A DNA stretch of 64,000 nt from Candidatus Tanganyikabacteria bacterium (GTDB lineage: Bacteria > Cyanobacteriota > Sericytochromatia > S15B-MN24 > VGJW01): assembly GCA_016867235.1 (NCBI GenBank), contig VGJY01000002.1:2647-66646 (forward strand). The letters are read 5' to 3'. Position 1 is the first letter of the stretch. Each line of letters starts with the position of its first letter. Positions 17,948 to 27,218 of this stretch are shown here, in pieces. Position numbers and translations under genes: made by a program. The notes beneath the pieces are model-generated. The model saw nothing but the letters and a program-made list of their open reading frames with translations, was not told where the DNA came from and ran no database searches.

Positions 17948-19006
17948 CTAGATCGGCAGGCCGGGACGGGGACGCAGGATCGGCTCCTGGGCGCGCGCCA
18001 CTCGCGTCTTGTGGCGGGTACGGTGTCCTCGCCGGGCGGGGGCGGCGTTGTGAGCCGGGCGGGCGGAAATCGCCTCGGCCGCCGCCAGCACCGGCGCGTG
18101 CCCGCGTTCGGCCGCGATCGCCTCGGCGAGAGTCGGGATGACGATGCGATCGCCCGGGAAGATGCGGTCGGCGTCGCGAACGCGCTGCCGGTTGAACGCG
18201 AAGAGGCCCTTCCAGCGGGCGCCGGCCCCCTGGTAGTACCTGCGAGCGAGCTTGATGAGCGTGTCGCCCGGCTTCACGACATGCCAGCGCTGCGCGCTCG
18301 CGGCAGACTCGTCGGATCGCGCCGCTGCCGGACCGGGCTTCGCCGGCCGCGCCGCCGCGGGTCTGGCGCTGGCCGGCCTGGCGGCCGGCGCCGGATCGGC
18401 GATCACCTGGCGGCCCTCGAAGGGGAGGCGAATCGGCGGCGCGGCCTCGCCAAGGACGGGTTCCGCCGGGTCGGCCGGCTGAGCGGCGGGCACGGCAAGC
18501 GCCTCCTCCGTCGCCGATCCGGCGGGGACCTTGGCGGGAGCCGATCCGGCGGCGGGGGACTTGGCGGCGACCGTGCCGGCGGCGGGGGCGGGCAAAGGAT
18601 CGGCCGGCGCGGGTTGCACGGCCACGACCGGAGCCAGGTGTCCACCGAGCACGGGCGGCGGCGGCACCAGGTCGGAGTCGGTGAACCGTGGCAGAGGCGG
18701 TGCCGGCAGGGCGAACCCGGGAGGCGCGGTGATCAAGCCGGCGCAGATCGACGCGGCGGCCACGGCCGGCACCCAGGGGGAGCGACCGGGAGCCGGCGGC
18801 GGCGGCCAGGCTACTTGATCCCGCAACCAGTCGCTCTGGGCCAGGGCCCTGCCGATCTCGGCAGGAAGGCGCCCGCGCCGCGCTGCCAGCAGGGCACGCA
18901 AAGCGTCGAGTTCTTCGGCGATGCAACGCCGGCCGCCCTCCGACTCAATGGCGAGAACGCCGGATTCCGGTGCCGGCGTGATCGGTCCAGGGGCTTCGGC
19001 CTGCAT
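17948..19006 (-). CDS. Pro/Ala-rich protein with C-terminal LysM domain
   Basis: Internal ATG with GGAG upstream. A LysM motif VKPGDTLIKLARRYY...IFPGDRIVIP lies near the C-terminus. Confidence 0.6.
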   Translation of the reverse strand: MQAEAPGPITPAPESGVLAIESEGGRRCIAEELDALRALLAARRGRLPAEIGRALAQSDWLRDQVAWPPPPAPGRSPWVPAVAAASICAGLITAPPGFALPAPPLPRFTDSDLVPPPPVLGGHLAPVVAVQPAPADPLPAPAAGTVAAKSPAAGSAPAKVPAGSATEEALAVPAAQPADPAEPVLGEAAPPIRLPFEGRQVIADPAPAARPASARPAAARPAKPGPAAARSDESAASAQRWHVVKPGDTLIKLARRYYQGAGARWKGLFAFNRQRVRDADRIFPGDRIVIPTLAEAIAAERGHAPVLAAAEAISARPAHNAAPARRGHRTRHKTRVARAQEPILRPRPGLPI

Positions 19007-19157
19007 GGAGGACTCCTTGTCCAGTTGAAACGAACCGCTCCTTGAACCCGATGATCGCGCGGAGAGTGAATGTCTTCCGTGATCCTCGTCCGGTGCTATG
19101 TCAACTCCGCCCGCCTCCGGCCTTGCCCGAACCGCCCGCAGTTGGCAGACTGGCAGC

Positions 19158-20555
19158 ATGCGTAGCGGATTCTTGACCAGCCTCGCCCTCCTCGCGGCGC
19201 TCCTGGGCCTGCCCGCCCCGGCCCCGGCGGCGGAGCCCAACCCGGCAATGCGCTTGCAGGCCGCCCGTGCGGAGTTCCTCGCGACCCTGCCCGCGCCGCT
19301 GCCTGCCGACCCGTGGCCGCTGCGCGATCCGGCCGCAGACGCCACGCGGTCGGCCGAGTTGCTGGCCTACGACCAGGCTATTGCCAAGGCGCGGGACTGG
19401 GCACGTGGCGCAAACGGCGTCGACATCCTGCCGCGCAAGGGCCTGTGGGTTCGGCCGTATCGCCGCGACGCCATCGCCCTCGACGTCCTCGAGGTGATGG
19501 ACAACGCACAGTCGCTGGGCATTACCGACCTGTTCGTCGAGACGTTTCGCGGCGGCCGCGTCAACTATCTCCGCGGCGGAACCTTCCCCTCCCGTTACTC
19601 CGAGGATCTGCTCGCGGTGTACGTCAAGGAGGGGCAACGCCGTGGAATCCGCATCCACGCCTGGCTGCACACCCTCGACTTCGGGCCCGACTGGGCCAAG
19701 GCCCGCCCGGACACCCTCGTCCTCGACGGCTTCGGTCAGCCGTCCGGCAGCACCGAGCGCGGCTCGGCGCGCGTCTCGCCAGCTCTCTCCGAGGTGCATC
19801 GGGAAGTCGCCGAACTGATCGGCGAGAGCGCGGCACGCGGCGTGGACGGCGTCATGCTGGACTACCTGCGCTACCCCACGCGACTCAAGGGCGACGACAT
19901 CGACGAGTCCGCCGACCCGCGCAACTTCTTCGGCTACAACCTGCGGCAGTTCGAGGCTGCCCTGCGGCGCCACCCCGAACTGGCGACGCCGGAGGCCCGC
20001 GACTTCCTCCGGACCGGCAACCTGGCCCGGGAAGAACAACGCGAGGATCTGATGGCGCGCTGGAAGGGAGCGCTCTCGGAGGATCTCGAGAGCCTCATCG
20101 GCGTGGCCCGCGACCGGGCGACGCGGGAGAATGTCGCCCTGGGGGCCGCCTACTTCCCCGACTACTACTTCCACCCCCACGACACCCGCGTCCAGGAATC
20201 CCGGCGCTGGGCGCCGCAGTTCGATCTGCTCTCGCCCATGTGCTACCAGTACTACCTCGACGAGTACCCCGGCCCCTACGGCACCTACACCATCAACCGC
20301 GCGCTGGAGATTGCCGACGACACCATCGCGCGCCTTCCGGCCAACAAGGCCCCCCTCCTGATGCCGTCGTTTTCCGCCGAGGTGCCGGGAACGCCGTACG
20401 AGCGCGTGTTCCACCACCGCACCTTGCGCGAGCAGACCGCCTTCTTGAAGGGCCGGGTCTTCGACAAGGCATTCCCGCGCATCGGGGGCGTCGCGTATTT
20501 CAGCTACGGCTGGATCTTCCTCGACTCGGAGGCGCGGCGGAAGGCCGCGGGCTAA
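19158..20555 (+). CDS. glycoside hydrolase-like GHL10 (DUF187) family secreted protein
   Basis: Signal peptide MRSGFLTSLALLAALLGLPAPAPAA. The TIM-barrel-like GHL10 fold is supported by GVDGVMLDYLRYP. Confidence 0.6.
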   Translation: MRSGFLTSLALLAALLGLPAPAPAAEPNPAMRLQAARAEFLATLPAPLPADPWPLRDPAADATRSAELLAYDQAIAKARDWARGANGVDILPRKGLWVRPYRRDAIALDVLEVMDNAQSLGITDLFVETFRGGRVNYLRGGTFPSRYSEDLLAVYVKEGQRRGIRIHAWLHTLDFGPDWAKARPDTLVLDGFGQPSGSTERGSARVSPALSEVHREVAELIGESAARGVDGVMLDYLRYPTRLKGDDIDESADPRNFFGYNLRQFEAALRRHPELATPEARDFLRTGNLAREEQREDLMARWKGALSEDLESLIGVARDRATRENVALGAAYFPDYYFHPHDTRVQESRRWAPQFDLLSPMCYQYYLDEYPGPYGTYTINRALEIADDTIARLPANKAPLLMPSFSAEVPGTPYERVFHHRTLREQTAFLKGRVFDKAFPRIGGVAYFSYGWIFLDSEARRKAAG

Positions 20556-20688
20556 GAAACTTTTACTTAACCTTAAACTTTCCTTGGGCTAGCCTTAACT
20601 TAACTTCGGCCATTTTTTAATATAAACAAAATACAAGCTTAAAACACAGCAGGTTGGTGGAGCACCCAGAGTGGTGGAGGTCTTTGCT
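20556..20688 (+). promoter_or_regulatory. strongly AT-rich intergenic island (about 30% GC in a 70% GC genome) with repeated cttaa/cttgggct motifs; putative promoter/regulatory region
   Basis: It reads gctaagaaacttttacttaaccttaaactttccttgggctagccttaacttaacttcggccattttttaatataaacaaaatacaagcttaaaac. GGAGG sits 8 nt before the ATG at 20689. Confidence 0.45.
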
Positions 20689-21462
20689 ATGCGTCGTTTC
20701 TCGCCCGTCGCCGCGTTCGCCCTGGTCGCCCTCGCGATCGCCGGTTGCGGACGCACACCGGTGTCCGTGGACGCGCCCGCCGCGAAACCAGACGCCCCCA
20801 AGCAGCAACAGCCATCGCCGACCAATCCCCGGGCGCCCTTCCAGCAACCCGGCCAGGGCGCGGGCCAGCAGGACACCGCCCGGCTCCTGGCCGAGGTGTC
20901 GCAGGCCTTCGCCGCGATGCCGGGCTACCGGGCGGATCTGGAGACCACCGACTCGAAGGGTAGCCACAAGGCCCTGGTCAAGTCGCGGGTGGCGTTCGCC
21001 AAGCCGGAGATCCTGAAGTTCGAGATCCTGTCCAACTCGGATCAGGCGTCGCAGAAGGGCACGAAGGCGCTGTGGCAGGGCGGCAAGACCATCGAAATCC
21101 GGCCGTCCGGCTTGCTCGGCTTCGCGAAGGTGACGCTGCAGACCTCCGACAGCCGCGTCAAGACGCTCAACGGCTACACGATCGACCAGATCAACGTGAA
21201 GGCCGCGATGACCAGCCTGCTGTCGCCCCAGGCCCAGGTGAAGGTGCTCGGCAACTCGCAACTCGGTACCCGGCCGATCGTCCTGGTGGATGTCAGCGGG
21301 GCGACGATGACCCCGGATATCGACCACCAGCGGATCGGGATCGACCTGGCGACCAAGTTGCCCGTCACCATCGACATGCTGCGCGGCAGCGAGTCGAAGT
21401 ACGCCGTGAGGCTGCTGAACATGACGGTGGTCAAGCCGGCCGCCAACGAGCTGACGATCTAG
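20689..21462 (+). CDS. lipoprotein (LolA-like/outer-membrane lipoprotein-sorting fold possible)
   Basis: MRRFSPVAAFALVALAIAGC lipobox; 257 aa. Confidence 0.6.
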   Translation: MRRFSPVAAFALVALAIAGCGRTPVSVDAPAAKPDAPKQQQPSPTNPRAPFQQPGQGAGQQDTARLLAEVSQAFAAMPGYRADLETTDSKGSHKALVKSRVAFAKPEILKFEILSNSDQASQKGTKALWQGGKTIEIRPSGLLGFAKVTLQTSDSRVKTLNGYTIDQINVKAAMTSLLSPQAQVKVLGNSQLGTRPIVLVDVSGATMTPDIDHQRIGIDLATKLPVTIDMLRGSESKYAVRLLNMTVVKPAANELTI

Positions 21463-21473
21463 CCGATTCTCAC

Positions 21474-21525
21474 GATTGGCGGGCCGGACGAGAGTTCCGG
21501 CCCGCCAATCGCGTTAGTGAGTTTT
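21474..21525 (+). terminator. rho-independent terminator
   Basis: A perfect 15-bp stem, gattggcgggccgga / tccggcccgccaatc, with loop cgagagt, is followed by gcgttagtgagtttt, 12 nt after the stop. Confidence 0.65.
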
Positions 21526-21612
21526 AAGAAAAAATTAAGGCAAGATTATCTTGGGCTTTACCTATATATAACCAGCTAGTTTTGTGATTTCTTTTCCGGA
21601 GGCACCCGCCCT
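21526..21612 (+). promoter_or_regulatory. second AT-rich island; putative promoter of the DUF4332 lipoprotein gene
   Basis: It reads aagaaaaaattaaggcaagattatcttgggctttacctatatataaccagctagttttgtgatttcttttcc, with a TATATA box. The cttgggct 8-mer is shared with 20583-20590. GGAGG sits 10 nt before the ATG. Confidence 0.4.
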
Positions 21613-22143
21613 ATGAAATACGCTCCGCTGCTCGTCCTTGGCCTGGCCCTGGTGGCCGGCTGCAGCACCGCGGCCCCGACCGCGCCGCGCCAGGCGCCCC
21701 AGGCTGCCACCATGGAAGCCGACGCGACCTACAAGCTGGAGGACGTCCTGGGCATCGGCCCCAAGTACGCCGAGTTCCTGCGCGAAGCGGGCGTGACCTC
21801 GATCGCCAAGCTGGTCGCCCAGACCGAGACGCGCCAGGAGCGGCAGCAACTGGCGCGCGAGACGGGTATCCCCTACGGCAACGTGCTGCACATCGCCCGG
21901 AAGGTGCAGCTCATGGAAATCCGCGGCATCGGGGTGCGGACTAGCAATCTGCTGGAGGCCGTCGGGGTCGACGGCGTGAAGGAACTGGCGCAGCGGCGTG
22001 CCGACAACCTGCATGCCCGCTTGCTCCTGGCAAACCACATCGGCCGCCCGTTCTTGAAGCAGGATCCGAGCCTGCCGATGGTGGAGCGATGGATCGCCGA
22101 GGCCAAGGAAATGGTCTCGGCCGGCAAGGCCATCGAGGAGTAG
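21613..22143 (+). CDS. lipoprotein with DUF4332-like helix-hairpin-helix domain
   Basis: MKYAPLLVLGLALVAGC lipobox. The rest reads LEDVLGIGPKYAEFLREAGVTSIAKL...IRGIGVRTSNLLEAVGVDGVKELA. Confidence 0.55.
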   Translation: MKYAPLLVLGLALVAGCSTAAPTAPRQAPQAATMEADATYKLEDVLGIGPKYAEFLREAGVTSIAKLVAQTETRQERQQLARETGIPYGNVLHIARKVQLMEIRGIGVRTSNLLEAVGVDGVKELAQRRADNLHARLLLANHIGRPFLKQDPSLPMVERWIAEAKEMVSAGKAIEE

Positions 22144-22146
22144 CGC

Positions 22147-23277
22147 CTACCTCGCGAGGCGCAGTTCGGCGCCCGGATAGTAGTGGCCGAGGATGTCGTC
22201 GTAATCGTAGCCCCACTCGGCCAGCTTCCGGGCGCCCCACTGCGACATCCCGACCCCGTGGCCCCAGCCTCGCCCGACCAGCTGGAACGCCCCGCCCGGC
22301 AAGGTGGCCAGCGAGAACAGGGTGCTGTTGAGCCCCAGCGCGAACCGGAATGCCGGGCCGGTAATCTCGCGGCGGCCCAGATCCCCGCGAATCATGACCC
22401 ACCGGGCGCGCCCCGTGAAACTTCGCTCGGTGATCTCGATCTCCCGGATTCCGCCCACGTCGATGCCCTTGGCGGCCAGGCGCCCGCGTAACTCGTCGCG
22501 GCCGATTTCGACCGTCCAGAGCCACCTGGGCGAATCCCAGTCGAAATCGGGGACCGGCTGGAGGTAGGAGTAGCCGGTCGGCCTGCGCCCCGGAAGGCGG
22601 CGTTCGAAGCCCTGGACGGCCTCGGCGCCCTCGGTGTAGCCGCCGGCGCCGGCGCAGTAATACGCCTGGATGGGCGCCCCGCCGTATTCCAGGATCTGCC
22701 CGGCGGTCGCCGCGACGGCCGCGGAAGACGCGGTGGCTTCAACGCTCACCCCTCCGTAGACCTGATCCTCGACGGTCGGCTTGACGTCATACCCCCGGTC
22801 GTTGCGGCTCCCCAGCCGCGACACGGTATACGTGCGAGCCGCGACGGCCTGGGCTTTGAGAGCCTCGAGCGGCCAGCCGGGCGGCATCTCCTCGGGGACC
22901 ACGCCGAAGAGGTACTCCTCGAGATCGAGCGTGTTGACCGCCACGAGGCCCCCGCCTGGCGCCGGCCGGATCTCGAGGTTGCCGCGATACCAGCGCTTGC
23001 CGACGCGCACCGGCGTGCCGAACGGCGGGCTGATACCGAGCGAGGTCCCGACGGAGGCGGTGGCGCCGCCCGGCCCGACCGCTGCCACCCGCGCGCCGAT
23101 CGCCACGGCTTCCCAGACTTCGCCCTCCCGCACGGGCACGGGTGCTCCCGGGAGGGCGATCAGCAGCGAGGCGGAAGCCACGCCGAAGCTGGCCGTCGCC
23201 ACCCCGTCCAGGAGGCCGACCCGTACCACCGTGACTTTGGCCGCGACGGCCGCCGCGACTGCCCAAGACATGTCCAT
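22147..23277 (-). CDS. SpoIID/LytB domain protein (amidase enhancer-like)
   Basis: 376 aa with SpoIID-like motifs AQAVAARTY...QVY...AYYCAGAGGYTE. Confidence 0.7.
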   Translation of the reverse strand: MDMSWAVAAAVAAKVTVVRVGLLDGVATASFGVASASLLIALPGAPVPVREGEVWEAVAIGARVAAVGPGGATASVGTSLGISPPFGTPVRVGKRWYRGNLEIRPAPGGGLVAVNTLDLEEYLFGVVPEEMPPGWPLEALKAQAVAARTYTVSRLGSRNDRGYDVKPTVEDQVYGGVSVEATASSAAVAATAGQILEYGGAPIQAYYCAGAGGYTEGAEAVQGFERRLPGRRPTGYSYLQPVPDFDWDSPRWLWTVEIGRDELRGRLAAKGIDVGGIREIEITERSFTGRARWVMIRGDLGRREITGPAFRFALGLNSTLFSLATLPGGAFQLVGRGWGHGVGMSQWGARKLAEWGYDYDDILGHYYPGAELRLAR

Positions 23278-23455
23278 AAAGCGTATTACGCATTCGGATT
23301 AGCCACCAGGCCGGCCCGCGGGGTATGAATAGAGGGGAGGGGAGCGCACTACTCGATGCAAGTGCGCGGCCTGATGGCGCAGGAAAGACCTTGAAACACA
23401 TCCGGGTGGATCGGCAAGGATCGAGTCGAATGGCGGCACGGACGGGAGTGCGGGC

Positions 23456-23815
23456 GTGACCGGACCGTATCCCAGGTGGGTCCTGGGCTTCTTCTACTAC
23501 CATCCAGAAGATCCGCGCCTGATCGTGCCCATCCGCGACGGCCGGGACCACATCTTCAACTACGCGAAACCGATGGCCCTGGTGCTGACGGTCGCGTCGG
23601 TGCTGCTCCCGACCTTCGGCGCCATCCTGATGATCGCGGGGCTCATCAACTTCTTCGACGTGGTCATGGCCAACCTCGTCCTGATCATCGTCCCCACCCT
23701 GGTCGTCCTGGCCTGCGTGGGCAGCGTCGTGGGCAGCATCTTCGTGCGCGAAGACGATCAGGGCAATGCCATCCTGCCGCAGCACGGCGCCGTGCAGGTC
23801 CCCTGGGATCGCTGA
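23456..23815 (+). CDS. small membrane protein (DUF5808-like), hypothetical
   Basis: 119 aa; GFFYYHPEDPRLIVP then two TM helices. Confidence 0.5.
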   Translation: MTGPYPRWVLGFFYYHPEDPRLIVPIRDGRDHIFNYAKPMALVLTVASVLLPTFGAILMIAGLINFFDVVMANLVLIIVPTLVVLACVGSVVGSIFVREDDQGNAILPQHGAVQVPWDR

Positions 23816-24156
23816 TGCGTAAGAGCGCGTGAATTCCTTCATAAAAGTGCTTCCGAGGGGTTGAAAACTGCGTAGGTGCTACTTAATGTCGAAGATCCGG
23901 CATTGGGAATCGGCGAGCATTATGGGGGGCAAATGGCGAAGGTCGATGTCGACGTCCGGTCTTCCAGGATCCCCGAAAACGTGACTGGCGGTCTGTCGCG
24001 CGCGGCCGTCGGAATGCGTACCGACGAACGCTCCGCACCGCATGGCGATCCACCGCCATGGTCCAACTTCCACTCGCCCCAGGGGATGGCGTACATCCGG
24101 AGCCGCAACACCGGCGAACTGGCGCTGAACCGCTAGGACCGGGGGTCCACCGGGTT

Positions 24157-24750
24157 TCAGCGGCGGGCCGCGCGGGCTGGATCGCCGGCGATCCAGTCCC
24201 GGACGCGCGTGATCGTCGTGGGCAGCATCGTGAACTGCACGTAATCGAGCACCCACGCCGGGATCATGGGCGCGTCGGGGTCTATCTTCGCGGAGTAGCG
24301 GACGCGCGTGCGAGCCTGCGCGATGGACGACAGTTCGAGATCGCCCTCGTACTGCTTGAAGGTCCCTTCGACGCGTTGGTACGTGAACGTGAAGCGCTCC
24401 GGGAACAGCACCGTCTCGTTGAGCGTCCAGCGGGGACCGATCGGCCAGAAGAGCGCCAGGTAGAACCAGCCGTAGATGGTATTGCCCGACTGGCGCCTGA
24501 TCTGCGAGCCGGTGATCTGGAAGATCTCGTTGTAGCGGCCGAAGTCGGTGTAGACCTCCCAGACCCGCGCCACCGGAGCCTCGACATTCCCGACGACCTG
24601 GTAGCGCTTGATTCGCTCGGACCCGCGCTCCATCTGCACCACGACGCCCCCGCGGTTGACCCGAGCCTCCTCCTCGGGGCTCAGCGTACGCAGGAGATCG
24701 GGCGGAGGAGAGGCGACGGCAGCCAGGAAGGCGAGCCCCAACAGCGGCAT
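24157..24750 (-). CDS. SRPBCC (START/polyketide-cyclase-like) family protein with signal peptide
   Basis: 197 aa with a START/Bet v1-like pattern. Confidence 0.55.
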   Translation of the reverse strand: MPLLGLAFLAAVASPPPDLLRTLSPEEEARVNRGGVVVQMERGSERIKRYQVVGNVEAPVARVWEVYTDFGRYNEIFQITGSQIRRQSGNTIYGWFYLALFWPIGPRWTLNETVLFPERFTFTYQRVEGTFKQYEGDLELSSIAQARTRVRYSAKIDPDAPMIPAWVLDYVQFTMLPTTITRVRDWIAGDPARAARR

Positions 24751-24802
24751 GGCTCAACCATACCCGAGCCGGACCGCTCGCGGCCAGTGCGATCGAATCA
24801 AG

Positions 24803-25561
24803 TTATAGTTGCGTCGTGCCGGGCGGGTACGGGTTGGGAGTCCCGATGGGGGGCGCCGTGCCTTGCGTCCACCAGTCGGGTGCCTTCGCCTCTGGCGGAT
24901 ACACGCCGATCGGCGGTTCGGGCTTGTAGGGCGGCACCGGCGGCTGACCGGGGCGCCAGGAGCCGGGCTGGAGTTCGACCTGCGGACCGGGCTGCGGGAC
25001 CCGGGCGTTGGGACCGTAGAGGCCCCCGGAGCCGCTCCCCGATCCGCTCCCCGATCCGCCGCCGGGAACGACCACGATCGGCGGCTGGCTCGCATGCTGG
25101 TTCAGCGACTGCTGCATCTGCTGCTGGCCGGCCAGGAGCTGATGGTCGTGCGCATTGAGGTGGGTAATGCCTTGCGCGAGGACTCCCTGGCCGGCAAGGA
25201 TCTGCTGCTGGCCGGCAAGCAGGGCGTTGTTCTGCGAGACGATCGTGCTCGCGAACTGCCCGATCGTCTCGGTCAGGCTCTCGAGCGTTTCGCTGATCTC
25301 GTCGAGCTTTCCCGAAATCTGGCCCAGGGCCTGCTGGATGGGGCTGGGCTGCGGCGGCGCCGGGGGAGGCTGTATGACGATGATCGGCGGCCGCGGCTGC
25401 GGCGGCGGGGGAGGCAGCACCACGATGGGCGGCCGCGGTTGTGGCCGCGGCGGCCCGATGATTACCGGCGGGCGGTAGCGGTGGCCTGGCGGCGCCCAGG
25501 CGCCGGCGCTCGCACTCGCGCTGGCGCTGGCTGAAGCGCCCCCGTATGTGGGTACGTGCAT
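24803..25561 (-). CDS. Pro-rich repetitive protein with central coiled-coil/Gln-rich segment
   Basis: 252 aa. It contains the repeats RPPIVVLPPPPPQPRPPIIVIQPPPAPPQP, a (GS)n run and a central helical QQ-rich block. Confidence 0.45.
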   Translation of the reverse strand: MHVPTYGGASASASASASAGAWAPPGHRYRPPVIIGPPRPQPRPPIVVLPPPPPQPRPPIIVIQPPPAPPQPSPIQQALGQISGKLDEISETLESLTETIGQFASTIVSQNNALLAGQQQILAGQGVLAQGITHLNAHDHQLLAGQQQMQQSLNQHASQPPIVVVPGGGSGSGSGSGSGGLYGPNARVPQPGPQVELQPGSWRPGQPPVPPYKPEPPIGVYPPEAKAPDWWTQGTAPPIGTPNPYPPGTTQL

Positions 25562-25710
25562 CGCAGCTCTCCTTGCCGCTTGCAGGAACGTCGCTCGCCA
25601 ATCCTTGCGAACCAGGCCGCAGCCTCCCTGCGGGAGGTCGACTCATTTACATAATCCCCGATTTTGCGATCTTTTGCACACACCTTCCGGAACTTTCTCC
25701 TGGATGTTGC

Positions 25711-26310
25711 ATGGCGGCCCCGAATGGAGGACGGGCCCTGCTAAGCTGGATCCCCATGCCGGGATCGATCCGTTTCTGCACGCACTGCGGCGCCGCCGTG
25801 CGGCTGGAGATCCCGGCCGGCGACAACCGCGAGCGGCACGTCTGCCCGACCTGCGCGCACATCCAGTACGTCAACCCGCGCATCGTCGTCGGAGCGGTCA
25901 GCGCCTGGGAGGGCCGCCTCCTCCTCTGCCGCCGGGGCATCGAGCCCCGATCGGGGTTCTGGACCGTCCCGGCCGGCTTCATGGAACTCGGGGAGTCGGC
26001 CGAGGAGGGCGCCGTCCGCGAAACGCTCGAAGAAGCGTGCGCCCAGGTAGAAATCGCGGCCCTGCTGGGAGCATACAGCGTCCCGCGCATCGACCAGGTT
26101 CACCTGTTCTACGCCGCGAGGATGCTGGAGCCCGCGCACGGGAGCGGCGCCGAGACCCTCGAGGCCCGGCTGGCGACCTGGGACGAAGTGCCCTGGGAGG
26201 AGCTGGCATTCCCTTCGGTTCGGTGGGCCCTCGAGATCTACCGCGAGTATGCCGCGTCCCGGCGGGAGGCCTGGCAGCCGCGCGCCGCCGCCTGGGCGCC
26301 CGAGTGCTAG
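25711..26310 (+). CDS. NUDIX hydrolase with N-terminal zinc-ribbon
   Basis: A CxxC...CxxC zinc ribbon precedes the Nudix box GFWTVPAGFMELGESAEEGAVRETLEEA. An alternative start lies at 25756. Confidence 0.65.
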   Translation: MAAPNGGRALLSWIPMPGSIRFCTHCGAAVRLEIPAGDNRERHVCPTCAHIQYVNPRIVVGAVSAWEGRLLLCRRGIEPRSGFWTVPAGFMELGESAEEGAVRETLEEACAQVEIAALLGAYSVPRIDQVHLFYAARMLEPAHGSGAETLEARLATWDEVPWEELAFPSVRWALEIYREYAASRREAWQPRAAAWAPEC

Positions 26311-27218
26311 AGGATCCGCTGGCCGACGGCCGAGAGGATCAGCTCCACCGCCAGCTCCGAGGTGCGGTTGCGCTCGTCGAAGATCGGGTTGACTTCGACC
26401 AGGTCGAGGCTGGTGAGCCTGCCGGAGTCGGCGATGAGTTCCATCGCGAGGTGGGCCTCCCGGTAGGTCGGCCCTCCCGGGCACGGCGTCCCCACCCCCG
26501 GCGCGTACTGCGGATCCACGAAGTCCATGTCGAAGCTCACGTGCAGGGCCTGGGTGTCGCGGGTCGCCATGGCGATCGCCCGCGTCACCACCTCGCGGAT
26601 CCCCAGTTCGTCTACGGCGCGCATCGTGAAGATGTGCATCCCCGAGGCGCGCAGCAATTCGCGCTCCCGGGAATCCACGTCCCGGATGCCGATCAGCACG
26701 GTATCCTCGGGCCGCACCTTCGGGGCGAAGCCGCCCAGACCGACCAGTTGCGCGTCGCCTAGGCCCTGCACCACGGCGAGGGGCATCCCGTGGATGTTGC
26801 CGCTGGGCGAGGATGCGGGGGTGTTGAAGTCGCCGTGGGCGTCGAACCAGATCAGGCCGAGGCGCCCTCCGGAACGCACCACGGGCGCGGCCGCCGCGGC
26901 GATCGTGCCGATGGCGATGCTGTGGTCCCCCCCCAGGAAGATCGGGAACTCGCCCGCGGCGACGATGCGGCCGGCCGCCTCGGCCGCCAGCTGGCAAGTG
27001 GCGAGGATCTCCTCGTAGAACTTCAGCGTCGTGGCGCCCGCCGACACGGTCTCGGGCATGGGCGCCGCCACGTCGCCGGCATCCCGCACCGCGAAGCCGA
27101 GCGCGCGCAACTTGTCCCCCAGGCCCGCGATGCGGAGCGAGCGGGTGGCCATGTCGACTCCCCGGTGGCCTGCGCCCAGGTCCATGGGAATCCCCAGCAC
27201 CGCGATCGGTCTGTTCAT
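26307..27218 (-). CDS. arginase/agmatinase/formiminoglutamase family hydrolase
   Basis: 303 aa with the ureohydrolase motifs GGDHSIA...DAHGD...SFDMD. GGAGG lies 6 nt upstream of the ATG. Confidence 0.8.
   Translation of the reverse strand: MNRPIAVLGIPMDLGAGHRGVDMATRSLRIAGLGDKLRALGFAVRDAGDVAAPMPETVSAGATTLKFYEEILATCQLAAEAAGRIVAAGEFPIFLGGDHSIAIGTIAAAAAPVVRSGGRLGLIWFDAHGDFNTPASSPSGNIHGMPLAVVQGLGDAQLVGLGGFAPKVRPEDTVLIGIRDVDSRERELLRASGMHIFTMRAVDELGIREVVTRAIAMATRDTQALHVSFDMDFVDPQYAPGVGTPCPGGPTYREAHLAMELIADSGRLTSLDLVEVNPIFDERNRTSELAVELILSAVGQRIL

Noticed and set aside
23876-24136. 86-aa ORF in the gap before the SRPBCC gene.
   Set aside because: There is no SD, the codon usage is atypical and no homology was recognised. 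It is left unannotated as a possible small gene.
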